In this document: piece by piece, positions 1 through 11,155 of the stretch | How the letters are laid out: every line of letters begins with the position of its first letter | Position numbering within the stretch: position 1 is the first letter of the stretch | Made by a program: the position numbers and the translations under genes | Assembly (NCBI RefSeq): GCF_001194135.2 | Contig: NC_068982.1 | Span: 21,781,973 to 21,845,972 of the forward strand | Reading direction: 5' to 3' | From: Octopus bimaculoides | Lineage: Eukaryota | Length of the DNA: 64,000 bases | Notes under the pieces: generated by a model | What the model saw: only the letters and a program-made list of their open reading frames with translations | What the model was told of the DNA's origin: nothing | The model's database searches: none

Positions 1-1459
1 ATATATATATATATATATAAACAAATAGTAAATGAGTACATGCATATATACGTACAGGTATGTGCATACCGACATCCACCTGTATGTATAGGTGCATATC
101 TGGGTACAGGACATTGCAAACAAACGTAGACGAGTACACACGAGCCACATAGAGAACATTCTCCTTCATCAGCCACCCACGTTTTAACACCGGCGTTTCG
201 ACGAGCTTGGGCAGGACGCATCGCTAAAACGGCTCGTCCCATGGATCGCAGATTAAATTTGTATACGCAAATTAAATCTAGCCATGGAGGAATGTAGTGG
301 CGGACAAAAAACAAGACAGGAAAACATATTTATATATACACATATATGTATATATTTATATATATATATGCATATATATGTATACACATATATGTATGTA
401 TATATATATATATTTATATATATATATATATACATATATATGTATACACATATATATATGTATATACATAGATTGATAAATAGATAGCTAGATTGATACA
501 CAAACACACACACACACACACATATGTACATATATACATGTGTATTATGTATGTATGTGTTATTAAAATATTTACTCTGAAGAAAGAGCTGGCTTTTAAC
601 AACGGCACAACTTTCCATCGTCTCAACGTTGGGAATAAAGACAACATCACATTTTAAACTTGAGAAAAATCTTGCATGTTTTTACTGTTCCTTGTACAGA
701 TTGTATTTGTAGTGTACCAGTTGGTGGCTTCCCATGTCTGAAAACCATAGCTTATCCACATTGTCACTTAGGTATTGACTCTCAAAAGTAAGTGCACCAA
801 ATATTACTGGAATAAATATGAATTTATAACCTGAATATAGATACTGGTTGTTTCGAAAGTGTCATCCAAAATGATCCTGTTTCTCTTTCATTTTGAAAAT
901 GATATTCATATCGGCAGACAGCTGACCTCCATGACGGTATATAATTTTCCGCGTTGGTCCCGAACAACAATGCCCTGTTTGTTTACGTTTGATAAATGTG
1001 TCAATGTTTTGGCGAAATATTTGTATGTATGTATGTATGTATGTATGTNNNNNNNNNNNNNNNNNNNNNNNNNNNNNNNNNNNNNNNNNNNNNNNNNNNN
1101 NNNNNNNNNNNNNNNNNNNNNNNNNNNNNNNNNNNNNNNNNNNNNNNNNNNNNNNNNNNNNNNNNNNNNNNNNNNNNNNNNNNNNNNNNNNNNNNNNNNN
1201 NNNNNNNNNNNNNNNNNNNNNNNNNNNNNNNNNNNNNNNNNNNNNNNNNNNNNNNNNNNNNNNNNNNNNNNNNNNNNNNNNNNNNNNNNNNNNNNNNNNN
1301 NNNNNNNNNNNNNNNNNNNNNNNNNNNNNNNNNNNNNNNNNNNNNNNNNNNNNNNNNNNNNNNNNNNNNNNNNNNNNNNNNNNNNNNNNNNNNNNNNNNN
1401 NNNNNNNNNNNNNNNNNNNNNNNNNNNNNNTATTATATATATATAATATAATATATATA

Positions 1460-1910
1460 CCGTAAATCCTCGAGTATAGTCCGCCCTTGAGTATGACACG
1501 CACGAGATTTCTAGGGGGCTGTACCTTTGAAAAACCTAAACTTGTGTATAATACGCACCCCTTTTCTAACTTGTGTCAGGGAGGTCTATATAACGCCTTT
1601 GGTTTGCAAGCATATATACGGTAACGTCCTTTATTATTATTGTATATATAACATATTACAAACGTGTAGACTTTTTCTGCACTTTGTTTGCGGAAAATAA
1701 AGAAATAACAGTAATAACGTCAGTGAAAAATAAATATTAAGTAAACTGCCTTTACATATTTATCACTATCAGTTACAAGCCCGACATTACAAGATGCGTC
1801 TGAATAAACACTGCGGTACAGCAGAGACTCGGACATTGTTTAGAAAATATTTTTTTCATTTTCAACCTGGTATATAGTACGCACCAGGGATTATACTCGA
1901 GGATTTACGG
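1460..1910. mobile_element. Non-autonomous Tc1/mariner-superfamily (pogo/Tigger-like) MITE, 451 bp
   Basis: Perfect 19-bp TIRs CCGTAAATCCTCGAGTATA (1460-1478) and its reverse complement (1892-1910), TA on both sides (1458-59, 1911-12), no ORF. Confidence 0.85.
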
Positions 1911-2189
1911 TAAATAAATAAGAAACGCTGCATATGTGTCAATGCATTACTGTTGTTTGCAAGGGGTCTACGCTGGTGGTCGGATGCCTATCCTTCAAGA
2001 AAGTCATTACAAATTGCATCTGTAATGAGCAATGGTTTAATCGAACATTGTAAATATAATCAAATCATTATTGTATATTTAAAATTGTAAATATTTAATC
2101 GATACAGCTACTTCACCCCTTTTATGTTTGTCTGTCCTTATTCGTCCCCTCTTCGTAATGCCTTTATGGCAAATATTTATGAAATAAAG

Positions 2190-2611
2190 TCGCTTGCTTA
2201 TCAACCACATGGTTCTGGGTTCAGTCCTACTGCGTGGCCCCCTAGGNNNNNNNNNNCCACATGGTTCTGGGTTCAGTCCTACTGCGTGGCCCCCTAGGCA
2301 AGTGTCTTCTAATATAGCCTCAGGCCGACCAAAGCCTTGTGAGTGGATTTGGTAGACGGAAACTGAAAGAAGCCCGTCGTATATATTGTATGCATGTGTA
2401 TGTGTTTGTGTGTTTGTGTGTTTGTGTTTGTCCCCCCAATATCGCTTGACAACCGATGCTAGTGTGTCTACGTCCCCGTAACTTAACGGTTAAGCAAAAC
2501 AGACCGATAGAATAAGTACTAAGCGTACAAAGAATAAGTCCTGGGGTCGATTTGCTCGACTATAAAGGCGGTGCTCCAGCATGGCCGCAGTCAAATGACT
2601 AAAACAAAAGA
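2190..2611 (+). mobile_element. SINE family B (tRNA head, CORE-like segment, internal microsatellite, conserved tail)
   Basis: AACCACATGGTTCTGGGTTCAGTCC head, GGCAAGTGTCTT CORE-like motif, GAAGCCCGTCGT then TG repeats, tail ...CCAGCATGGCCGCAGTCAAATGACT; matches many other copies in the window. Confidence 0.85.
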
Positions 2612-2924
2612 ATATATATGCATCTAATTATACACTCATACACACACATATATAATTATAGAGATACACACACACACACACATACACACACACATTCGTA
2701 GACGCATGTCAGACATTTGAAAGCAATAGCTGAAGCGGTCAAGTCTCCTTGACAGACTATGTAATTAGCGATGTCCGGTATATATATATAGGTGCTAGGG
2801 GTGGAGGGGTAGGGGCGACAGCTAAGTTCATTTGTTTTTAGATCAGCTTCACATTCCATTCCCACTAGATCAACTTGACCAGCATGACACCTGACACCCT
2901 GTCGTTGATAGATTTGCTCCTAGC

Positions 2925-3239
2925 TACAATGGTGGTGGTGGAGGGGTTGGTGGCGATGGCGCTGGCCGCGGCGATGGTGTTGTTGTTGGTGGTGGTGGTA
3001 GGAGGGGGTGACGATGGTGGTGGTAGCGACTTTTAGTGTGTGTCGGTAGTGGTGTTTTTCTTTTTTGGCGGTAGAGCTGGTGCTCTTGGTGGTATTGGCG
3101 GTGAAAGTGGTGGAGCAGATAGCATTTTTTGGTGGCGGTACTGGGAAGAGACAGTGTTGTTAGTGGTGGTGGTGGTGGTAGTGGTAATGGTGGACGGGAT
3201 AGCTTTGTTAGTGGTAAGGTTAGTGGTGGTGCTGTTCGT

Positions 3240-3278
<39 letters not shown>

Positions 3279-3333
3279 TGGTAGTGGTAGTAGTAATAAT
3301 AATAAGAGTAGTAGTGGTGGTGGTGTGGTAGTG

Positions 3334-3377
<44 letters not shown>

Positions 3378-3615
3378 GTGTTGTGCTCTACCATTTTCTT
3401 AATGTTGGTGACAGTGTAAGGCGACTGTTCTTTTGGCGCTGGTCTTCACAACCGGGGTCGTGTTAGTGTTGGGCAATAAGGTGGAATTGGGGGAGTTGAT
3501 GAGGGGACGGGGGTAGTGCCAGGTCATGTTGGTGTGTGTGTGTGTGTGCGCGCGCTTGCACGCGTTGCTTTGGTGCTTACCGTGATGGTACAACCTGTTT
3601 TAGCATTAATGACTT

Positions 3616-3697
<82 letters not shown>

Positions 3698-3817
3698 GGA
3701 AGGTGGTGTGTTGATCCATGAGTTTGTGGTGGATTCAGTTGTAACAGGTTTTGGCAATGTAGTAGTAGAGACACAGCTTTTTCAACGTTGTTACTAATAA
3801 TGGTGAGGACGTTGATG

Positions 3818-3881
<64 letters not shown>

Positions 3882-4330
3882 AGGTGGTGGTGGCGGCGGT
3901 AGTGGAAATGATAGTTTTAGTTTTCGTGGTGGTAGCGGTGGTTGTGGTGGGTTTTGTGGTGATGGTGGTGGTGGTGGTGGTGGTGGTAGTTTTGGTGGTA
4001 GTTTTCACGGTGGTAGTGGTGGCGGCGGTGATGGAAGTGGTGGTGGTGGTAGTTTTGATGGTAGTTTTCACGGTGGTAGTGNNNNNNNNNNNNNNNNNNN
4101 NNNNNNNNNNNNNNNNNNNNNNNNNNNNNNNNNNNNNNNNNNNNNNNNNNNNNNNNNNNNNNNNNNNNNNNNNNNNNNNNNNNNNNNNNNNNNNNNNNNN
4201 NNNNNNNNNNNNNNNNNNNNNNNNNNNNNNNNNNNNNNNNNNNNNNNNNNNNNNNNNNNNNNNNNNNTGGTGGTGGCGGTGCTGGTGGTGGAAATAGTAG
4301 TAGTAGTAGTAGTAGTAGTAGTAGAGGTGT
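2925..4330. repeat. Compound (GGT)n/(TAG)n trinucleotide low-complexity tract with a unique island and an N gap
   Basis: Directly visible repeats; source of the poly-T/V/L/Y/S ORFs. Confidence 0.95.
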
Positions 4331-4385
4331 TAATGACGGTAATGCTCTAAGTGTGATGATCACGGTAATTTCAGTATCTGTTATA

Positions 4386-4535
4386 GATGAAGGTGCGTAT
4401 GATGATGATGACGACGAACATGATGATGATTATGATGATGACGATGATTGATGATGGCAACAGTGATGACGATGATGACGACAATGAAAATGATGATGTT
4501 GATTATCATCATGGTGATGATGATCATGATGATTG
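4386..4535. repeat. (GAT/GAC)n degenerate microsatellite
   Basis: Directly visible. Confidence 0.9.
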
Positions 4536-4764
4536 TAGCCGCGGAGATAAAATGACGGTTGTCGACTATTTTCTCTTGTACTTCCAATTATTAAAGACGA
4601 GGAAATTATTGAGTGTAAATCAACGTTGGATATTATTGAACAGAGATATCAAATCCGCTGAGATTTGTACAAGGAACAATGGAGAGAAATATATATAAGA
4701 CACTTTTCTCAATACTTCTTTTAAATTTTGGCGCAAGTCATTAATTTAAAGGGAGAATATAAGA

Positions 4765-5520
4765 CGATTACACCGGTTCAAGTAGTTGACTTGTACGTTA
4801 TTCTTATTGACGTCGAAAGAATGAAAGACGAAGTTGACTTTGGTGTAATTTGAACTCAGAACGTTAAGATACCGCTAAGCATTTTGTCTGGTATGCTAGC
4901 GAGTCTGCCGACTCAACGCTTTACAAGATTTCTTAACGATTTCTGATTTAGGCACAAGGTTAACTATTCAAGCACTCGACTGCTACATTATTTTATCGAC
5001 CCTAAAAGGATGAAAGGTTAAGTTGTATTAGTTCAATACAATATATTAAACCAATACATTTTATTTTGCTCGATACTCTTACGATTCTGAAAATTATTTG
5101 CAATAATAATTATTATTTCTAATATAGGCAAAAAGCTAGAAATTTAGGAGAGCGAGTTTAGTCGATTAAATTGAGCGCACTGCTTGATTGGTATTGTATT
5201 TTATCGATTCCAGAGGGATCTCTGCAACCATGATTTTTATGAGATGTGGTCTTTAAGCGTAAGCTCTTAGATTTGTTTTGAGCATTAATGATAATTCTGC
5301 CAGCTCTTCCTTTCTTTTTTTCAATAATAATAATCTTTTCTACTAAGGCACAAGGCCTGAAATTTGGGAGGAGGGGATAAGTCGATTACATCGACCCCGT
5401 GCTCAACAAATGCTTATTTAATCGAGCCTGAAAGGATGAAAAGCAATGTTGACTTTGGCAGCATTTGCACTCAGAGCTGATGACGGAAGAAATTCCGCTA
5501 AGCATTTTTCCCGGCGTCCT
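4765..5520 (-). mobile_element. Cluster of decayed SINE family A copies
   Basis: Repeated ...TCGACCC...AAAGGATGAAAG...AATTTGAACTCAGA blocks (reverse complement of the B-box-containing head). Confidence 0.75.
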
Positions 5521-5524
5521 GACG

Positions 5525-5965
5525 TGGTGTGAGCACAACCCACAAAGAGTGGTAGAGTTGGAGACGTGAAAATCCTGTAGGAGTTCCGAATCCAGACAGA
5601 CCAGTTGCTTAAGCATCACAAGTCGGACCTGGTGATGGTAGACAAGGTGAACCACATGTACTATATAATTGAAGTTTTCTTCCCCTTTGTTCCACAAATA
5701 GCGAAGAAGGAAAGCCAGAAATTAGACATATACAATCCCCTTAGGTACAAGTTAGCTCGACTGTGGAAATGAAAAGGGTGAAGATCGTACCAATTGTTGT
5801 TGGATCTTTGGGGGACAGTATCAGAAGTCATCAAGCGAGATATAAAGATAACGGGAATATAGTGCCCAGTAGAGCTGTTGCAAAATGTTGGTTTCCTTGT
5901 CACATACAGAATCATCAGTATTAGATTGTTGAAAACAAGAGAGCATGTGACCTTAAACCGCACGT
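5525..5965 (+). mobile_element. Decayed 3' fragment of an R4/Dong-clade non-LTR retrotransposon (restriction-like endonuclease domain)
   Basis: Manual translation WCEHNPQRVVE / VKIL*EFRIQTDQLLKHHKSDLVMVDK...IIEVFFP...KESQKLDIYNPLRYKLARLWK / KRVKIVPIVVGSLGTVS matches the recalled W-x-H-x-P...ILWDF-x-IQTD...RPD...E-x-x-K-x-x-KY...LW...PVVVGALG pattern; stops and frameshifts present. Confidence 0.85.
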
Positions 5966-5999
5966 ACCATGCCCCTACGTTAAAAGAAAAAAGAAAAAT

Positions 6000-6287
6000 A
6001 ATGGTTTCAAATTTTGGCTCAAGGCCAGCAATTCCGAGGGCGGAGGTCTAGCCAAGTACATTGACCCCCAGTACTCCACGATTACTTATTCTATTGACTC
6101 AAAAAAAGGATGAAAGGTAAAGTCGACCTCGACTGAATTTGAACTCAGAACGTAATGACGGACAAAACACCGCAAAGCATTTTCCCCGGCTAGGGCACGA
6201 GGCCAGCAATTGTAAAGGAAAAGGGTAATCGATGCCATCCATCAACCCCAGTACTTTTCTGATACTTTACTGTATCGAAACCAAATT
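6000..6287 (-). mobile_element. Two SINE family A copies
   Basis: AAGGATGAAAGGTAAAGTCGACCTCG..GAATTTGAACTCAGAACG body plus a second tail fragment running into a gap. Confidence 0.75.
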
Positions 6288-9045
6288 NNNNNNNNNNNNN
6301 NNNNNNNNNNNNNNNNNNNNNNNNNNNNNNNNNNNNNNNNNNNNNNNNNNNNNNNNNNNNNNNNNNNNNNNNNNNNNNNNNNNNNNNNNNNNNNNNNNNN
6401 NNNNNNNNNNNNNNNNNNNNNNNNNTAACATTGATAATACTAATGACTTTCATTTGGATGGCTTAGTGGAGAAAGGGCAGCAGTTATGGAATATTTTGTA
6501 CATCCAAAACTAAATGTTGAAAGGACGTGCTTCGAATGCTTCCAACAAATGTGACACCATTACAGTCTTCCAGTAAATAATAATGGTTTTAATCGCGGCG
6601 ACAGATTAAACACCCAGTCAGGAACAGAAAATGTATTTCCGACTGGATTCTATAAAGTATTCTCTGTACCAAATATTACTCACAAGCCTTTAGCTGACTC
6701 GAGTTTAGGATTAAAAAAAAAAAAATAAATAAATAAAAACATTCGTTCAGCGTGCTGCCGCGCAGGTGGGTGTGCAGGCAAATCCGAAACTATGAAGTTG
6801 TGACGTAAATTACTTAATAACTCGGGCGACTGCACTTATAGTTTCTTTGTTAAGAGCAATAATAGAATACCACACAAATGATATACTGATTTGCTAGCGG
6901 TTCTGTTACGAAACAGCAAGAACATTTCTATATATATAATTAAAACACTAAAACAATATCAATCACCTGAGTGATTTGTTGCAAATCTATCCAACCTCAT
7001 TTGACTGTCAACCAAAGTGTGTTACCATTACGCTACACCGTACAGATAACAAATATTTTAAAAGCCTCTTTTCATCATTTGCTACACATTATTTAGTACT
7101 TAACAAAATGATTATAACGAAAGAAATAATTGTTTGTTAAAAGCAACAATAGAATACCATAGAGATATCATAGAAATTTACATCAGGTTCAACAACAAGA
7201 ACATCAAACAAAAACACCAATAAAACGAGAAGGACAACAAGATAAAGAAATATATAAAACTCAGCAACTCAACAGTGGAAGCAGTTTAACCTAGAATGTT
7301 CTTGATAAATTCGAAGATGACGTGAACTTTTAGTTCACTATTAGACACTGACAGATTTAATTTGAACTTAATTTTGCTGTCCATTAGGTGAAAAGCGAAG
7401 AGGTTTTAGCATAATAGGTGCCATTACTAACTGTAATTCTGTTGTGTGTTAATTTCGATCCGGTTGTGTCAATTGCTGGTTTATTTGTTCAATGCTTTTC
7501 TTTATTCATAAGAACGCGATTTGGAATCTTTTGTTAATTGTATGAGTTCAACAGAAAGATCTGGCATGGAATACCGTCCACATGAATGAATGTGATTAAC
7601 AAGAGAGATATAAAGATAATGGAAGAGAGAGAGGGAGAGAGAGAGAGAAAGAGAGACAGGGACAGAGAGAGAGAGAGGGGGAGATAGAGAGAGAGAGAGA
7701 GAGGGAGAGAGAGAGAATGAATGAGAGTGTGAGGGATAGAAAAACAAACAACATATAAAACGAAAAGAGTAAAAGAATAATGAAAATAGCTAGGAACTGA
7801 CGAGAGTCGTGAAAATGTTATTTTATTTCTAATGTGAATGAGAAATCTTCATTTCTAATCGTGTGTAAGCATACATACCGTATGCATGAGCACACGTATA
7901 NNNNNNNNNNNNNNNNNNNNNNNNNNNNNNNNNNNNNNNNNNNNNNNNNNNNNNNNNNNNNNNNNNNNNNNNNNNNNNNNNNNNNNNNNNNNNNNNNNNN
8001 NNNNNNNNNNNNNNNNNNNNNNNNNNNNNNNNNNNNNNNNNNNNNNNNNNNNNNNNNNNNNNNNNNNNNNNNNNNNNNNNNNNNNNNNNNNNNNNNNNNN
8101 NNNNNNNNNNNNNNNNNNNNNNNNNNNNNNNNNNNNNNNNNNNNNNNNNNNNNNNNNNNNNNNNNNNNNNNNNNNNNNNNNNNNNNNNNNNNNNNNNNNN
8201 NNNNNNNNNNNNNNNNNNNNNNNNNNNNNNNNNNNNNNNNNNNNNNNNNNNNNNNNNNNNNNNNNNNNNNNNNNNNNNNNNNNNNNNNNNNNNNNNNNNN
8301 NNNNNNNNNNNNNNNNNNNNNNNNNNNNNNNNNNNNNNNNNNNNNNNNNNNNNNNNNNNNNNNNNNNNNNNNNNNNNNNNNNNNNNNNNNNNNNNNNNNN
8401 NNNNNNNNNNNNNNNNNNNNNNNNNNNNNNNNNNNNNNNNNNNNNNNNNNNNNNNNNNNNNNNNNNNNNNNNNNNNNNNNNNNNNNNNNNNNNNNNNNNN
8501 NNNNNNNNNNNNNNNNNNNNNNNNNNNNNNNNNNNNNNNNNNNNNNTATATATATATATATGTACACACATACGCATATACACATTTTCAGTCTACATTA
8601 TATACATAAATATGCGGAGGTAAATATATATGTATGTATATATATACACACACACACACACACACATACATACACACACTCATACACACTCACACACACA
8701 CACACATACATACAACCACATATATACGTGTGTGTTTACACATTTAGTGCATGAGTGTTTGCGTGTGGTGAGGCGTAGGTACATATACATTTGATGAGCT
8801 TTATTATTAAGTTGATTAAACATGTCATATTAAGCCTGTATATTATACTAGACGTTATTACACGAAATCTTTCCGACATTTTTGTATTGTAGATTAAATC
8901 ATGTTGACTTGAAGGCATCGAATATTTACCTAAGTTTTCCTTTTCTTTTTCTTTATCTGTATACTTAAAGAAGACGATGGAACTTACCAGTGCAAATTAA
9001 CCTATCTGTCTTCTATTATGACGATTTTCTACTTTTTATAGCAGA

Positions 9046-9086
<41 letters not shown>

Positions 9087-9405
9087 GCACAATGTTGTTA
9101 TTGAAAGCTAGAAATTTCTCACCGGATCTCGATTACTTTTGTCATAAACATGGTGAAGATTCGGAAGTAAAGCTCACTGATTAAGTAAGATATTTACTCT
9201 CAGTGTATTGAGTTCAAATTATTCGTCTTTAAGAAGCAGATTCTCCATGGATACGTCACCTCTATGATCTAGTAGATTATGGAGTAAATAAATTCGTCGA
9301 ATCTGACAAAAGGTCTTGAATGTTCTTGTCTGATCTGGGAGATAAAACAATATTATTTACATTATTTACATTTGACGGATATTTGTCCTCATCTTGTTTG
9401 TTGTT

Positions 9406-9451
9406 AACACAACGTTTCGGCTGATATACCCTCCAGCCTTCATCAGGTGTC
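9406..9451 (-). ncRNA. Minimal type I hammerhead ribozyme motif (core intact)
   Basis: Minus strand: GACAC-CUGAUGA-A-GGCUG-gaggguauau-CAGCC-GAAAC-GUU-GUGUU; stem I GACAC/GUGUU, stem II GGCUG/CAGCC, palindromic ACGU helix III. Confidence 0.75.
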
Positions 9452-9586
9452 TTGGGGAAATCTCGAACCTAGGTTCTCATTCCTAATAATAATAATATGA
9501 ATAATAATGATATTATTAATAATGATAATAATGATAACATCGAAAAAAACCTTAGTAATGAGAACCCAGGTTCGAAATTACCCCAA

Positions 9587-9632
9587 GACACCTGATGAAG
9601 GCTGGGGGGTATATCAGCCGAAACGGAGTGTT
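9587..9632 (+). ncRNA. Hammerhead motif with mutated cleavage triplet (GUU to GGA), probably inactive
   Basis: GACAC-CTGATGA-A-GGCTG...CAGCC-GAAAC-GGA-GTGTT. Confidence 0.65.
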
Positions 9633-9927
9633 AACAACAAAGAAGATGAGAACAAATATACGTCAAATATAAATAATGTAAATAATTCCTCATCTTTTAA
9701 ATATAGAACAATATTATTTATATCGAACAACATTTTTACTGCTCAGAAAAGAAATTGCTACGCAGTGCTTATCACAAAACCATGAATAGAATAAGTAGTA
9801 AATGTAATATGGTCCTAGATATCACTATGAATAAAGGAGAAATTAAAAATTAAAAAAAAGCAAACGATTTTTATGCAGCTTTGATCGCAGCCTCTCGTTT
9901 CCTGTTTATAATATTTCTTAGTTTATA

Positions 9928-10203
9928 GAGCGGCGAGCTAGCAGAATCGTTAGCACGCCGGGCGAATTGCTCAGCAGTATTTTGTCTGCTGTTACGCGCT
10001 GAGTTCAAATTCCGCCGAGGGCGACTTTGCCTTTCATCCTTTCGGGATCGATTAAATAAGTACCAGTGACGCACTGGGGTTCAATGTAATCGACTTAATC
10101 CCTTTGTCTATCCTTCTAGGGGGTCGATGTAATCGACTTAATTCTTTTGTCGTTCCTTGTTTGCCCCTCTGTGTTTAGCCCCCTGTGGGCAATAAAGAAA
10201 TTC
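9928..10203 (+). mobile_element. SINE family A, tail type 2
   Basis: GGCGAGCTAGCAGAATCGTTAGC head, GAGTTCAAATTCC B-box, tail ...TTTAGCCCCCTGTGGGCAATAAAGAAA; 17-bp TSD ATATTTCTTAGTTTATA at 9911-9927 and 10204-10220. Confidence 0.9.
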
Positions 10204-10220
10204 ATATTTCTTAGTTTATA

Positions 10221-10408
10221 CTGTTAGCACGACGGGCGAAATACATTTCGCTCGTCCTTACGTTCTGTGTTCAAATTCCATCTGGGTCGACTTAAACTTT
10301 CATCCTTTTGGAGGTCGATACAACAAGTACCAGTTGAACACTGAGGTCGATGTAATCGATTTAACCCCTCCCTCGGAATTGCTGGCTTTGCGCAAAAGTT
10401 TGAAACCA
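10221..10408 (+). mobile_element. SINE family A, tail type 1, 5'-truncated
   Basis: Same body as the preceding copy with a different tail; followed by ATATTTCTTAGT at 10409-10420. Confidence 0.8.
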
Positions 10409-10673
10409 ATATTTCTTAGTCTACATTACCTAATATTTCCTTCCTTTTTAAGTCAGAGTGTGGCTACTATTTCTAGCAGATTAAGAAACAGTGTATAGGT
10501 TCCTCCTAGTATTAGAGTATGATCGTTGCGTTGGTTTTTGAATTTTAGCTTAAGTTTGGATGAATGGTATGTTTGACGTGATCTTCACAGATTCATCCAA
10601 GTTTGTGAGACTGATGCAATTGATATACATTATTTACATTTGATGGATATTTGTCCTCATCTTGTTTGTTGTT

Positions 10674-10719
10674 AACACAACGTTTCGGCTGATATACCTT
10701 CCAGCCATCATCAGGTGCC
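10674..10719 (-). ncRNA. Minimal type I hammerhead ribozyme motif
   Basis: Minus strand: GGCAC-CUGAUGA-U-GGCUG-gaagguauau-CAGCC-GAAAC-GUU-GUGUU. Confidence 0.7.
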
Positions 10720-10738
10720 TTGGGGAATTTTCGAACCT

Positions 10739-10806
10739 GGGCGTAGTGTTTAACAGCGCGGGCTACTAACCCCAAGATTCTGAGTTCGATTCCAGGCAGT
10801 GACCTG
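10739..10806 (+). promoter_or_regulatory. tRNA-derived Pol III internal promoter (SINE head)
   Basis: A-box-like GGGCGTAGTGT (10739-10749), anticodon-arm-like CGGG-CTACTAA-CCCC, B-box GAGTTCGATTCC (10782-10793). Confidence 0.7.
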
Positions 10807-10818
10807 AATAATAACAAT

Positions 10819-10912
<94 letters not shown>

Positions 10913-10915
<3 letters not shown>

Positions 10916-11155
10916 GTGCTCATGGGAACTGCCCATATCCTACGTAAAATACTGTCTATGTGATCTCAAATTTTAAAGCAAACACATAATTTTCTTATGG
11001 TTTCTTAAACATTCACTTGAACAAAACTGTACAAATCCAAATATATGGTACCCTAGGCATAACACCTACATGAACTTCTAACTTGTTGTCTCTTGAGGTC
11101 TCTGGGTGAGACTTGGATCCAACTTGTACAAATGCAAAACAAAAGTCAAACATAA
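10913..11155 (+). mobile_element. 5'-truncated R4/Dong retrotransposon 3' end inserted in the (AAT)n tract
   Basis: Codes IVLMGTAHILRKILSM* (TGA at 10961-63), matching the recalled R4/Dong C-terminus LLGTA(H/R)ILRKVL; followed by a 3' UTR; AAT repeats on both sides. Confidence 0.8.

Larger units (their letters stand above)
9351..9706 (+). mobile_element. Penelope-like non-autonomous element, copy 1: inverted terminal repeat, AAT spacer, terminal repeat
   Basis: Arms about 9351-9484 and 9552-9690 are reverse complements; direct repeat AACAATATTATTTA at 9346-9359 and 9707-9720 (TSD, may overlap the element end); HHR motif in each arm. Confidence 0.8.

Noticed and set aside
160-290. Hammerhead-like pieces on the minus strand (CTGATGA at 166-172; GACGAGC..GCTCGTC-GAAAC) and a small hairpin at 239-287
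   Set aside because: The pieces could not be assembled into one consistent type I, II or III fold; possibly PLE relics but unsupported.
2206-2297. Direct duplication CCACATGG...CCCCCTAGG around a 10-N gap
   Set aside because: Most likely a contig-overlap assembly artefact, not a biological repeat.
3577-4071. Thr-rich, mucin-like 164-aa ORF
   Set aside because: Built from (ACT/ACC)n repeats, with no signal peptide or splice support.
10739-10800. Possible tRNA gene
   Set aside because: No acceptor stem closure, and it runs straight into a microsatellite; treated as a SINE head.
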